Part shown: piece by piece, positions 20,703-30,491 of the stretch
Layout: the number at the start of each line of letters is the position of its first letter
Numbering within the stretch: position 1 is the stretch's first letter
DNA from: an uncultured Bacteroidales bacterium
GTDB taxonomy: Bacteria > Bacteroidota > Bacteroidia > Bacteroidales > CAIXZF01
Assembly (NCBI GenBank): GCA_964386485.1
Contig: CAYLTH010000005.1
Span: 1 to 53,193, forward strand
Reading direction: 5' to 3'
Length of the DNA stretch: 53,193 nt
Program-made: the position numbers and the translations under genes
The notes under the pieces: model-generated
What the model was told of the DNA's origin: nothing
Seen by the model: only the letters and a program-made list of their open reading frames with translations
Database searches by the model: none

Positions 20703-20725
20703 ATAAACCTCCGGTTATTTTTCAA

Positions 20726-22396
20726 TTATTTGATTTGGATACTGACAGTAGACAGTTTTCTGTTACCATCAGGACCGCTGGCTTGAATGTCCTCGATCCA
20801 GATTTTTTGGCCGGATTTAGCAGAACGAATAAACTTTTTAACGGATTCAGGAAATTGATTTCCTGTAATTTTCTGAGTAAAGATATCACCACTCTGCGTA
20901 GAAACGAAAGTGAATGCTGTTACAATAAAGTTCAGTTCAAAGTCAAAATCAGGCGGCATACGCGGGATAATCGGGCTGCTTAATAAAAGATCTTTTCCAA
21001 TAGCACCACCACTTGAGGCTCCAACATAGGCAACAGGATCCGGAACGCGTTTCACCCTGAATTCAACAGAACCCATGGATTTGCTTTTAGCTCCTTCACT
21101 TGTACTGACAGAGATTTGAGCTTTCTTTCCCTGGGCATCTTTCCCTACTGTAACGATCCAGTTCTTTCCATCGGCCGAGCGTTTCAGGTTCCCAACAGAA
21201 ATGGTTGGTTTTACCTTTTCTGACGGGATCCCCGGTACAGAAATTGAAACAGGATTATCCACACCAATATAAAATACATTCATTTTGGTAGCAGAAATGG
21301 TTAGACTTGGCTTTGCAACTACATACTCATCTTTAAAATAGTACTGATTGGTTGCACCGCTTGGTGTTTTTACTTTGATAACCCCGGCATATTTCTTTAT
21401 CCCTTCGCTGGTTGCCGGAAGCTTTAGATTCACCATACCACCAACACCTTCAATAGGGCGGGCTGCTTTAATATTGGCTTCAGTAATTGTATCAGCACCT
21501 TCAAGAATAAATACTTCAGGAGAAGTTTTAGTGTCGTAAGCAGCAACAAATACTTCGGCATTGTATTCTTCACCCTGGAAAACATAGCGGGATTGAGGTA
21601 CAACACGACCTGTTACAGCATCAAATTTATAATCCTCTTCACTGATAGAAGCGAGGAGGTGATTTACCACGTCAAACTCAAGGGATTGAATTTCATTGAT
21701 AATTTTGTTCAGAATCGTAATATCGGCAGCAAGAATGGTGTGATAGAAATTATGCTGTTCCCAGTTTTGTTTTTTGCTATCTGCATCATAGAATGGGCCG
21801 TCGGTGTCCAAACCAACCTGAAAACTTTCACGTGCCTTAGGATCAACAAAATCCATCATCGCCTTCTTATAAGCAATAAGCCGGTCTTTCAGTTCTTTTG
21901 ATTTGCCTTTTGAACCATCCTGAGAATCACCCATAAAATAACGGGTGGTTTCATCATACTTATCCTTTGTGTTAACAGTATGCAATTGAAGAGTTTTAAT
22001 TGCAACAGAGTCTTTCCCTCCGGCGGTTGGTCTGTAATCGACAAGATAATGTTCTTTGACAGCAGTAGCAGAATCTACTTTCTCGGAGACCATAATTACC
22101 TGAAGTTTAATACTTTCAATGTAATTAATCATCTCTTCGGCTAACCTGGATGCATTGCTTGCTTTGTTATAGAAAGGACCTACTTTCTCGGGGTTAATTG
22201 CATTTTGCATTTTAAACTTTGCCAGTGTCCAGTCAATTTTCCCGGCAAAACTTTTATTGGTGGTTTCCATGCTCTTGTTCACCACCAAAAATGCATTGAG
22301 GATTTCAACAGACACATTCAAAGCGAGGAGTGCCGTCAAGACCAGGTACATCATACCGATCATTTTTTGTCGCGGCGTTTCCTTATATCCAGCCAT
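20726..22396 (-). CDS. gldM: T9SS/gliding motility protein GldM (PorM)
   Basis: 556 aa. N-terminus ETPRQKMIGMMYLVLTALLALNVS matches the conserved GldM single TM helix with its Arg. A long periplasmic domain follows. Confidence 0.9.
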   Translation of the reverse strand: MAGYKETPRQKMIGMMYLVLTALLALNVSVEILNAFLVVNKSMETTNKSFAGKIDWTLAKFKMQNAINPEKVGPFYNKASNASRLAEEMINYIESIKLQVIMVSEKVDSATAVKEHYLVDYRPTAGGKDSVAIKTLQLHTVNTKDKYDETTRYFMGDSQDGSKGKSKELKDRLIAYKKAMMDFVDPKARESFQVGLDTDGPFYDADSKKQNWEQHNFYHTILAADITILNKIINEIQSLEFDVVNHLLASISEEDYKFDAVTGRVVPQSRYVFQGEEYNAEVFVAAYDTKTSPEVFILEGADTITEANIKAARPIEGVGGMVNLKLPATSEGIKKYAGVIKVKTPSGATNQYYFKDEYVVAKPSLTISATKMNVFYIGVDNPVSISVPGIPSEKVKPTISVGNLKRSADGKNWIVTVGKDAQGKKAQISVSTSEGAKSKSMGSVEFRVKRVPDPVAYVGASSGGAIGKDLLLSSPIIPRMPPDFDFELNFIVTAFTFVSTQSGDIFTQKITGNQFPESVKKFIRSAKSGQKIWIEDIQASGPDGNRKLSTVSIQIK

Positions 22397-22443
22397 AGTA
22401 TTTCGGGTTTAAAAATTCGTAAAATGAGTGATCTGAGCCAAAA

Positions 22444-23475
22444 TTATTTTGCTACGTTAACATTCATAGCGGTCAGCATGTTACCATAAACTTTGTTTAA
22501 TGCGGCAACATTCTGGGCGAGAAGATCAACACCATCTTTATACCTGGCAGTCTTGTCAATTGATTCGTTAATATTTTTAATGAAGCTGTCAAACTTAGCC
22601 TGCAGTTGATTTGCGGTTTCAACCTGTTGGGTAGAAGATTTCAGCTGAAGTTCATAAATTGCATTCAGGGCATTGAGGTTGGTCGAAATACGGTTTAATT
22701 CCTTACCATATGCACCACTTTCAAGTGCGGTAAAATCAATAGATGCAGCTGATTTAGCAAGAATTTCAGCTGATTTTGTGTATTGATCCGTCAAAACTTT
22801 TGCAGAATCTGATGCTGCTACAAAGTTACTCATCAAACCTTTTGTAACATTAAGATCACTCTTCATCGCCTCTGATGCATTATTATAAGTGCCGGCAAGA
22901 TTGTTTACAGAAGCACTTACATTCTTCAGGCTGGCAGAATATTCTGTTGAAGCCTGAACATCCATAGCCATGGCATCAGAAGTTTTCTTGTAAGCATTGC
23001 TCAGTTCGCCAACACTCTGAGAAGCAGTTTTTAAATTCTTGGTATAATCACTGGTTGCATCAGCTGCAGAGGAAATATCAGCAAGCTTGGTTGCATTTTC
23101 GCTCATGCTGTGCAAGCCTTTGCTCAGGCTTTGGATTAATTCCGGACCAATTTTGGCATCAGAAAGCATTTTATCCAATTCCTTGGTGAGGTCTTTGTTT
23201 TTCAGAGAGGGCTTTTGATTGATGTCACCTTCATTATACATACCGGCAAGTTCCGGATAAACAAGGCTCCAATCAGGCTCTACGTGAGGTGGTTCGAATG
23301 CTGAAAAGAAAAAGATCAAAGCTTCAGTACCAAGTCCGATGATCAACATGGTATTAGCTCCGGGGTAGTGGTTGATTTTAAAAAGTGCACCCAAAATAAC
23401 GACGGCAGCACCCCAACCATACAACTTGGACATGAAATTTTTGTACCCTTTACTTCTTACAAAATTGAGACCCAT
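22444..23475 (-). CDS. gldL: T9SS/gliding motility motor protein GldL (PorL)
   Basis: 343 aa. Two N-terminal TM helices with the conserved Glu (GLGTEALIFFFSAFEPPH). A long cytoplasmic helical tail follows. Confidence 0.85.
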   Translation of the reverse strand: MGLNFVRSKGYKNFMSKLYGWGAAVVILGALFKINHYPGANTMLIIGLGTEALIFFFSAFEPPHVEPDWSLVYPELAGMYNEGDINQKPSLKNKDLTKELDKMLSDAKIGPELIQSLSKGLHSMSENATKLADISSAADATSDYTKNLKTASQSVGELSNAYKKTSDAMAMDVQASTEYSASLKNVSASVNNLAGTYNNASEAMKSDLNVTKGLMSNFVAASDSAKVLTDQYTKSAEILAKSAASIDFTALESGAYGKELNRISTNLNALNAIYELQLKSSTQQVETANQLQAKFDSFIKNINESIDKTARYKDGVDLLAQNVAALNKVYGNMLTAMNVNVAK

Positions 23476-23530
23476 AACGCTTACGATGATTTAAAGATGT
23501 TAATACTAGGTTTGAAAATGAAAATAAATT

Positions 23531-24907
23531 TTAATTGTAGATGTTGGAAGAGGTAGCAGGATTGTCGTCTTTTTGTCTTCCAAGATAGGTTTGAACACAA
23601 CGGAATCCGACATAGCATTTCGAAGTATCCTGATATTCATAGCTTCTGGAGGAAACCTGCAGGTAATATCCTACATCTTTCCAGCTTCCGCCACGAATAA
23701 CTTTCCGTTTGAGGGCTGCAGGATCTGTTACTTTTGCATCATACTCATAACTCATGTTAAGATCCCATGTATAATTATAGGCTGATTCATCAAAGGCATC
23801 AGCTGTCCATTCAGACACATTGCCTGACATGTCGTACAGACCAAAATCATTGGGGGCATAATGAGCAACAATAACAGTTTGGATTCCGCCATCATCAATA
23901 TAGTTCCCGCGTAAGGGTTTATAGTTACCCAGGAAACAACCTTCGGTGTTGCGGATATACGGACCTCCCCAGGGATACGGACTAAGTTGCAGACCCCCAC
24001 GGGCTGCCCATTCCCATTCCGACTCGGTAGGTAAACGGAAATCATTTACGATAACTTCTCCCCCCTGCATATTATAACTGTGGAGTAGTTGTGAACGCCA
24101 GACACAAAATGCCTTGGCTTGCTTCCATGAAACACCTACAACAGGATAATGGTCATAGGCAGGATGCCAGAAATATTTTTCAGTCATTGGTTCATTGAAA
24201 GAATAGGCATAATCATGAACCCAGGCGAGTGTATCAGGATACACATTTATAACTTCCTTACGAATATATACTGAACGATCTTTTAAACCTTGTGGACGAT
24301 TCGACAATCCTCCTGCTTCAACATTACCGGGTGCACTGAAATCTTTTCTGGAAGCAGCTTTTAAATCAATCCAGTAATATTCAAAATTGAGTTTACGGGT
24401 ATCAATCTGTTTAACCCTGTAAAAGCGCTCATGTTCCGGAAGATACATTTCCTGCAAAACTTCTCTGGTTTCCTGGTCGGTGTAATCGATTTCGGAGTCC
24501 CAGTTTAAAAATGGAGGATCCCATGGCTCACCAAATTCATTCTCTGAAATCAGGTAGTCTTCCGGTGCACTTTCTCCCAATAAGCGGAGCGCAATAGAAT
24601 CCCTGACCCAGAATACGAACTGACGATACTCGTTGTTTGTGATCTCGGTCTCATCCATATAAAAGGCCTGCAGGGTCACCGTTTTGGGCTGGTGAACCAA
24701 AGCATATGGAACATCCTGATCTCCGGAACCCATTATGTAACTGCCGGCCGGTACGAAAACCATACCGAACGGATCAGCCTGAAAAAAGGGCTCTCTGTCC
24801 TGTACTCCGATCAATTCACCATTGCCGGAATTTTTACAACTCCAGAACGCTGTTCCGATGAGTAAGAAAAAAACAAGTTTTTTCATATTTAGCTTAGTTG
24901 ATTTCAT
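23531..24907 (-). CDS. gldK: T9SS/gliding motility lipoprotein GldK (PorK), FGE-sulfatase fold
   Basis: Lipoprotein signal ending in the lipobox FWSC. SUMF1/FGE-like domain with RGGSW. Confidence 0.9.
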   Translation of the reverse strand: MKSTKLNMKKLVFFLLIGTAFWSCKNSGNGELIGVQDREPFFQADPFGMVFVPAGSYIMGSGDQDVPYALVHQPKTVTLQAFYMDETEITNNEYRQFVFWVRDSIALRLLGESAPEDYLISENEFGEPWDPPFLNWDSEIDYTDQETREVLQEMYLPEHERFYRVKQIDTRKLNFEYYWIDLKAASRKDFSAPGNVEAGGLSNRPQGLKDRSVYIRKEVINVYPDTLAWVHDYAYSFNEPMTEKYFWHPAYDHYPVVGVSWKQAKAFCVWRSQLLHSYNMQGGEVIVNDFRLPTESEWEWAARGGLQLSPYPWGGPYIRNTEGCFLGNYKPLRGNYIDDGGIQTVIVAHYAPNDFGLYDMSGNVSEWTADAFDESAYNYTWDLNMSYEYDAKVTDPAALKRKVIRGGSWKDVGYYLQVSSRSYEYQDTSKCYVGFRCVQTYLGRQKDDNPATSSNIYN

Positions 24908-24928
24908 GTGATGAAAAAGATGTTAAAA

Positions 24929-25876
24929 CTACAAGAAACGGGTATTCCGATAACTCTTTCTGGGTTTTTCAATAATAATTTTGAAACAATAACCCGCCAT
25001 AATCTCGTGACTACCCACGCTGCCGGCTTTCGACAACTTGGAAGTAGTAATATCGTATGAATAACCTATCTTGAAATTTTTATAATGCATCCCCAGTAAA
25101 ATGGCTACTGCATCCTGAACCCTGTAACTAACGCCTCCCCAGAACTTATTATTGTATCTGACAAGTGCATTAAGATCGTATTGTGCTGAAGCTCCGTCTG
25201 TTTTGATCAACAAAGAAGGATCAATTTCGAATTCAGGATAGTTTGGAAGAATATATTCATACCCTGCGGCAAGATAATAATGACGCTGTAGCTGAACTTC
25301 TGCGCTGCCAATAGGCTTTTTTGTCTGAGACAACTGAATGGTTGACAAGCCCACAAACATTTTATCCGGAACCTTATAGAATACGCCAAACCCAAAGTCT
25401 GTCATGAAGTTAGTCTGACTATTCTTGCTTGTTAAAAGTAAATCGCCATCATCAATGGGTTTAAATTTGGCAAAATCAATCGATTTATTTAAAAATCCAA
25501 CCTGACCTCCAATCGAAAGCTTGCCATCCCCGACATTCATCCGGTAGGCATAAGAGAGACGAACACCAATATTTTTTTCATATCCGAGCTGATCCTGATA
25601 AATTGACGCACCTAAACCGCCATGCAGCAGATTTACCGGGGCATCCATCGAAAACAGCAAAGTTCTTGGGGCCACATTATCCCCATTGTCATCTTTGATC
25701 CCATACCATTGCTGACGTGCAAGCATGGTTGCACAAATGGCATCATTACTTCCTGCAAATGCAGGATTGATGAACATGTTATTGAACATGTTATGGGAAA
25801 ACTGCACCTCCTGCTGCGATTGGGCAACTTGTCCAATCATCACCAACAGAACTATGCTAATTACTATTCTTTTCAT
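24929..25876 (-). CDS. porP: PorP/SprF-family T9SS outer membrane beta-barrel protein
   Basis: Signal peptide from the Met at 25876 (MKRIVISIVLLVMIGQVAQSQ). The QFSHNMFNNMFINPAFAG N-terminus and the HEIMAGYCF end are typical of PorP/SprF. It lies immediately upstream of gldK. Confidence 0.8.
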   Translation of the reverse strand: MKRIVISIVLLVMIGQVAQSQQEVQFSHNMFNNMFINPAFAGSNDAICATMLARQQWYGIKDDNGDNVAPRTLLFSMDAPVNLLHGGLGASIYQDQLGYEKNIGVRLSYAYRMNVGDGKLSIGGQVGFLNKSIDFAKFKPIDDGDLLLTSKNSQTNFMTDFGFGVFYKVPDKMFVGLSTIQLSQTKKPIGSAEVQLQRHYYLAAGYEYILPNYPEFEIDPSLLIKTDGASAQYDLNALVRYNNKFWGGVSYRVQDAVAILLGMHYKNFKIGYSYDITTSKLSKAGSVGSHEIMAGYCFKIIIEKPRKSYRNTRFL

Positions 25877-26067
25877 AGGGGAAATCGCTTCAAAAAGGGG
25901 CATAAAATAACAACTTTTTTTTGGTATACACAAATTTATATAAAAATAAACCCCGAAAAACCCGTCTGTAGACTTGATTTTCAGATACGATTACAGGATT
26001 TATACTTCTTTTCAAGACAAAGGTTTCATCTCCATAGTTTCCTGTACTTTTGAAAAAAAGAATTTTT

Positions 26068-26994
26068 ATGTCTGGATTCTTCAAAAACGAAAAGGTTTTT
26101 AGCCGGAAATGGTTCATATCCTGGACACTAATCACCCTGGGATCCCTGATTCTGGCAGCGGGATTTGTGTTTTTCATTACACCCTACAAAATTGTCCCTG
26201 GCGGAGTGTATGGGGTTGCCATTGTTGTTCATTATCTGACCAAAGGAATGTTCGCTTTTGCTCCGGATGGTTTACCAGTCGGACTAACCGGGCTGATACT
26301 GAATATTCCCCTGACAATAATCGGGATTAAAATACTGGGTCCCCGCTTTGGCGCAAAAACCATCGTCGGCTTTGTTCTGACTTCAGTTTTTATGGATTTG
26401 ATAACCGGATTCTGGGGAGACAAACCGCTGGTTGAAAATGACCCGCTTCTTTCAACAATTTTTGGGGGTGTTCTGGTCGGATTTGGATTAGGGCTTATTT
26501 TCCGTTCGAAAGCAACTTCCGGCGGTTCGGATATCATTGCGATGATTTTCGCAAAATACACACGGCTTCCGCTGGGAATGCTCATGATTTATGTGGATAG
26601 TGTAATCGTTCTGGTAGGATTACTGGCTTTCGGAAGCTGGGCAATTCCATTGTATTCCTGGATCGTTATTTTTATTACAGGAAAAGTGATTGATATTGTT
26701 TTACAAGGTATTGCATACGACAAAACACTCTTTATAATTTCCGACAAATACGAAGAAATCCGGAACAGGATTATCAATGACCTTGGCAGAGGAGGAACCT
26801 ATATTCCGGGTAAGGGGATGTTCAATGATTCTCCAAAAACCATTATTTTCACAGTGGTAAACAGAAGGGAAATGGCCATTCTTGAGGAATATATCCATGA
26901 AATCGATCCAAAAGCCTTTGTAACAGTGCTCGAAGCAAATGAAATTCTTGGCGAAGGATTTAAATCACTGGGTCAGAAAATCGAAAACAGCTGA
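26068..26994 (+). CDS. YitT-family membrane protein (DUF2179 C-terminal domain)
   Basis: Five to six TM helices followed by a soluble DUF2179-like tail (IIFTVVNRREMAILEEYIHEIDPKAFVTV). The TTG at 26050 used by the ORF track lies inside a TACTTTTG -7 box (26045-26052), so the ATG at 26068 is preferred. Confidence 0.8.
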   Translation: MSGFFKNEKVFSRKWFISWTLITLGSLILAAGFVFFITPYKIVPGGVYGVAIVVHYLTKGMFAFAPDGLPVGLTGLILNIPLTIIGIKILGPRFGAKTIVGFVLTSVFMDLITGFWGDKPLVENDPLLSTIFGGVLVGFGLGLIFRSKATSGGSDIIAMIFAKYTRLPLGMLMIYVDSVIVLVGLLAFGSWAIPLYSWIVIFITGKVIDIVLQGIAYDKTLFIISDKYEEIRNRIINDLGRGGTYIPGKGMFNDSPKTIIFTVVNRREMAILEEYIHEIDPKAFVTVLEANEILGEGFKSLGQKIENS

Positions 26995-28323
26995 TCAATT
27001 CCTGAATAACTTCAGAATATCATTAAGATTGGCGAATATCAGGAGTGCAAACAACAAAATCATTCCACCTATCTGGGCATATTCCATAAATTTCTCATTT
27101 GGCTTTCTGCGGGTAATAATTTCGTAGAAAAGGAACAAAACATGTCCGCCATCCAGAGCCGGAATTGGAAGAATATTCAGGATCGCCAGCATGATCGAAA
27201 GGAAAGCCGTCAGACTCCAGAAGGCTGCCCAATCCCAGGTTGCAGGGAAGATACTGCCGATGGTAATGAATCCGCCAACGCTCTCATATGCTTTAACTTC
27301 CGGAGAAAACAGCAGTTTAAGCTGTTTAAGATAATTTCCGATTCCCCGGTAGGCTTTAACAGTTCCTGCCGGAATCGCTTCGAAAAAGTTGTACGACTTG
27401 GTGTTGAGTGTGAAATAGTGATCCGGGGTATAATTATACACGCCGATAAAGCCTTCCTTTGACACAGCCACATCCATCCCCAGGGTATCTGTTTTCCGGA
27501 GAACCTGCACTTTAATGGTTTCTCCTTTGTGCTTCTGGATTTCGGCACGGAACTGATCAAAATACGGCGTACTCATTCCATTGAGACCGATAATTTTGTC
27601 ATCAACCTGAATCCCTCCTTTTTTGGCAGCTGATCCATCCGCCAGTTTGGCAATTGTAAAGGGCATCCTCACCGAAATAAAATCCGGAGATTTGTGCTTG
27701 ATTAACTGAGCCAGGAAGCCTGCCGGTACCGGAAGATCCATTTTCTGACTATCCCTTTCGATGGTAATGAATTTGGTATTGTCAAGTATCAGTCGGCCCG
27801 GGATTTTAGCAAAATCCTCAACAGCTTCATTGTTGAGAGCCAATATCTTATCACCGTTTTGGAGGCCGAGTTTTGCGCCCATAGTATCTACAACGATACC
27901 ATATTTATTTACTTCCTGAGTGGGTAAAAATTCTTCTCCCCAGACTGACAGCATGGTGATGTAAATCAGGATGGCGAGGATGATATTTACCGTGACTCCG
28001 CCAAGCATAATAATGAGGCGTTGCCAGGCTGGTTTGGATCGAAATTCCCAGGGTTGGGCCGGTTGCTTCATGGCCTCTTTATCCATTGATTCATCAATCA
28101 TTCCGGAAATTTTCACATATCCACCAAGCGGCAACCAGCCAATTCCATATTCGGTATCCCCTTTTTTAAATTTAAAGAGAGAAAACCAGGGATCGAAGAA
28201 AAGATAAAACTTCTCCACGCGGGTTTTAAAAATGCGGGCAGTAATAAAATGACCAAATTCGTGCACCAAAACCAAAATCGAAAGGCTGAGGAGAAGTTGG
28301 GTTGTTTTAATCAGAATTTCCAT
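26995..28323 (-). CDS. rseP: RIP metalloprotease RseP (site-2 protease)
   Basis: HEFGHF zinc motif in TM1, PDZ domains, and the NILPIPALDGGH motif. Confidence 0.9.
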   Translation of the reverse strand: MEILIKTTQLLLSLSILVLVHEFGHFITARIFKTRVEKFYLFFDPWFSLFKFKKGDTEYGIGWLPLGGYVKISGMIDESMDKEAMKQPAQPWEFRSKPAWQRLIIMLGGVTVNIILAILIYITMLSVWGEEFLPTQEVNKYGIVVDTMGAKLGLQNGDKILALNNEAVEDFAKIPGRLILDNTKFITIERDSQKMDLPVPAGFLAQLIKHKSPDFISVRMPFTIAKLADGSAAKKGGIQVDDKIIGLNGMSTPYFDQFRAEIQKHKGETIKVQVLRKTDTLGMDVAVSKEGFIGVYNYTPDHYFTLNTKSYNFFEAIPAGTVKAYRGIGNYLKQLKLLFSPEVKAYESVGGFITIGSIFPATWDWAAFWSLTAFLSIMLAILNILPIPALDGGHVLFLFYEIITRRKPNEKFMEYAQIGGMILLFALLIFANLNDILKLFRN

Positions 28324-28327
28324 AATA

Positions 28328-29476
28328 TCAAATTAGTTCTTCCATGTATCGCCGTGTTTGAGCATCAGTCTCAATCAGATCCTGAAGCCCGGGAGCAATG
28401 ATCAAAGGAATTTTAAGCATACATTGTTCAATCAGTCCCGACATTTCCATAAAACCTATGCGGTTATTTAAAAATGCCTTTACTGCAATTTCATTGGCAG
28501 CATTCAGAATACAAGGCATATTACCTCCTTGTTCCAGAGCAATATAAGCGAGTGCAAGATTACGAAATTTTTCGGTATCTGCCTTTTCGAACGACAATTC
28601 GGGGTAATCAAGAAAGCTGAATCGGGGAAAATCAGTCGCAAAACGATGTGGGTAAGTAAAAGCATACAGGATGGGTGTACGCATATCAGGTAAACCAAGC
28701 TGGGCTTTAAGAGCCCCGTCATGAAACTGAACCAGGCTGTGTACAATGGATTGAGGATGAATCACGACCTCTATATTGGAAGGATCCACACCGAAGAGCC
28801 AGCGGGCTTCAATAACTTCCAATCCTTTATTCATCAGACTGGCAGAATCGATGGTGATTTTGGATCCCATTTTCCATTTTGGGTGATTCAGAGCCTGTTC
28901 GATGGTTACATGATCCAGTTCTTTTCTGTTTAACTGATGGAACGGACCACCTGAAGCGGTGAGTATCAATTTTTCAATTCCTGTGTAATATTCCCCGGAA
29001 AGGCATTGAAAAATAGCAGAATGCTCCGAATCTACGGGCAAAATATGGACTTTTTTGTCGAAGGCCTCTTTCATAAGTAACTCTCCGGCAACGACCAGAC
29101 TTTCTTTATTGGCCAGTGCAAGTGTTTTCCCGGCGCGAATGGCTTCCAGAGCAGGAATCAAACCTGCAAACCCGACAAGTGCATCTAAAACAATATCAAT
29201 ATTGTCACTCTGAACGATTTGTGAAACAGAATCTGCTCCAGCAAAAACCTTGACGGGCAATGAACTAAGTGCATCTCTGACATGCTCATACTGAGCTTCA
29301 TCTGCAATCACAACAAAGTTTGGTTCGAATTCAAGAGCCTGTTGAATCAGCAAACCGGCATTGGAGTTGGCTGTAAGGACTTCTACTTCAAAAAAATCAG
29401 GATACTGCCTGATAACAGAAAGAGCCTGGGTACCGATTGAACCGGTTGACCCGAGTATTGCGATTCGTTTTTTCAT
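28328..29476 (-). CDS. dxr: 1-deoxy-D-xylulose 5-phosphate reductoisomerase
   Basis: 382 aa. NADPH motif ILGSTGSIGTQAL. The conserved dxr-rseP gene pair is present. Confidence 0.95.
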   Translation of the reverse strand: MKKRIAILGSTGSIGTQALSVIRQYPDFFEVEVLTANSNAGLLIQQALEFEPNFVVIADEAQYEHVRDALSSLPVKVFAGADSVSQIVQSDNIDIVLDALVGFAGLIPALEAIRAGKTLALANKESLVVAGELLMKEAFDKKVHILPVDSEHSAIFQCLSGEYYTGIEKLILTASGGPFHQLNRKELDHVTIEQALNHPKWKMGSKITIDSASLMNKGLEVIEARWLFGVDPSNIEVVIHPQSIVHSLVQFHDGALKAQLGLPDMRTPILYAFTYPHRFATDFPRFSFLDYPELSFEKADTEKFRNLALAYIALEQGGNMPCILNAANEIAVKAFLNNRIGFMEMSGLIEQCMLKIPLIIAPGLQDLIETDAQTRRYMEELI

Positions 29477-29480
29477 GCTT

Positions 29481-30368
29481 TCAGAAGGCGATAAAATTCT
29501 TTGGGTTCACAGGCGTTCCATTGTGCCAAAGTTCAAAATGAAGGTGTGGTCCGGTTGACAATTCTCCACTATTCCCGATTATGGCAACAGGTTCACCGGC
29601 TCTGACATAAGTGCCTTGCTTTTTTAACAGACTGGAATTGTGTCTGTAGATAGATATCAGATTCTGTGCATGTTGAATTCCTATTGAATATCCCGTTGCC
29701 AGCGTCCAGTCAGAAAATATTACTGTCCCGTCCAAAACGGCCTTTACAGGTTCATTTTTTTTAGCCACAATATCTACACCATAATGGTTTCCTTCCGGGT
29801 TATAGGCATTTGTTATGGTTCCTTTAACCGGAACAAAAAATAAAAATGCACCCAGGCCCGGTTGATTGGTTATTGCCGGACCGGATTTCCCTCTTTCAAG
29901 TGAATATCTTTCTTCCTGCTCCACTTCAGCCCTTAATAAGGAATCCTCCCGTGAACTTTTAAAATTCACCGATTTCACGTTCGACAAAGATTCCGGTTTC
30001 TCCGGGATTACATCATCCAATTCCCTGCCGGCTATGATATTTTTGATGTTGTGAATGTATAAATCCTTATCCTGCATTGCACTTTCAAGCGAATCAAGTC
30101 GTTCCTGAAACTTATACCAGTCCCTTTGTCCCGATATCCCTCCAAAACCCGGAATGTATTCCTTCAAAGGGGTGAACGCAATAATATAGGAAGTAATAAA
30201 AACCAAAAAAATGGAGACTGAACCAATTAATATAAAGACATTAAGCCTGGAGAGCCTGAATGACACCTTCTCTTCGAGCGTCTGATCATTCAAAATGACA
30301 AGACGATACTTATTTTTAAGTTTCGTCAGCCACTGTTTAAAGAATTTCTGTTGTTTTGCTTGAGGCAT
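29481..30368 (-). CDS. M23-family metallopeptidase, membrane anchored
   Basis: N-terminal TM helix and a coiled segment. The LytM domain has HYGVDI and GPHLHFELW. Confidence 0.8.
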   Translation of the reverse strand: MPQAKQQKFFKQWLTKLKNKYRLVILNDQTLEEKVSFRLSRLNVFILIGSVSIFLVFITSYIIAFTPLKEYIPGFGGISGQRDWYKFQERLDSLESAMQDKDLYIHNIKNIIAGRELDDVIPEKPESLSNVKSVNFKSSREDSLLRAEVEQEERYSLERGKSGPAITNQPGLGAFLFFVPVKGTITNAYNPEGNHYGVDIVAKKNEPVKAVLDGTVIFSDWTLATGYSIGIQHAQNLISIYRHNSSLLKKQGTYVRAGEPVAIIGNSGELSTGPHLHFELWHNGTPVNPKNFIAF

Positions 30369-30491
30369 TTTGAGGGTTCGTCCTTCCGTGTCAAAAAATA
30401 AAATAATTTTGCAAAAATATAGTTTAAATGCTTGTCTGGTAATTTTTAATCAGACAAGTTTAGTTATTTCAGCTTTAATATCTATAACACC

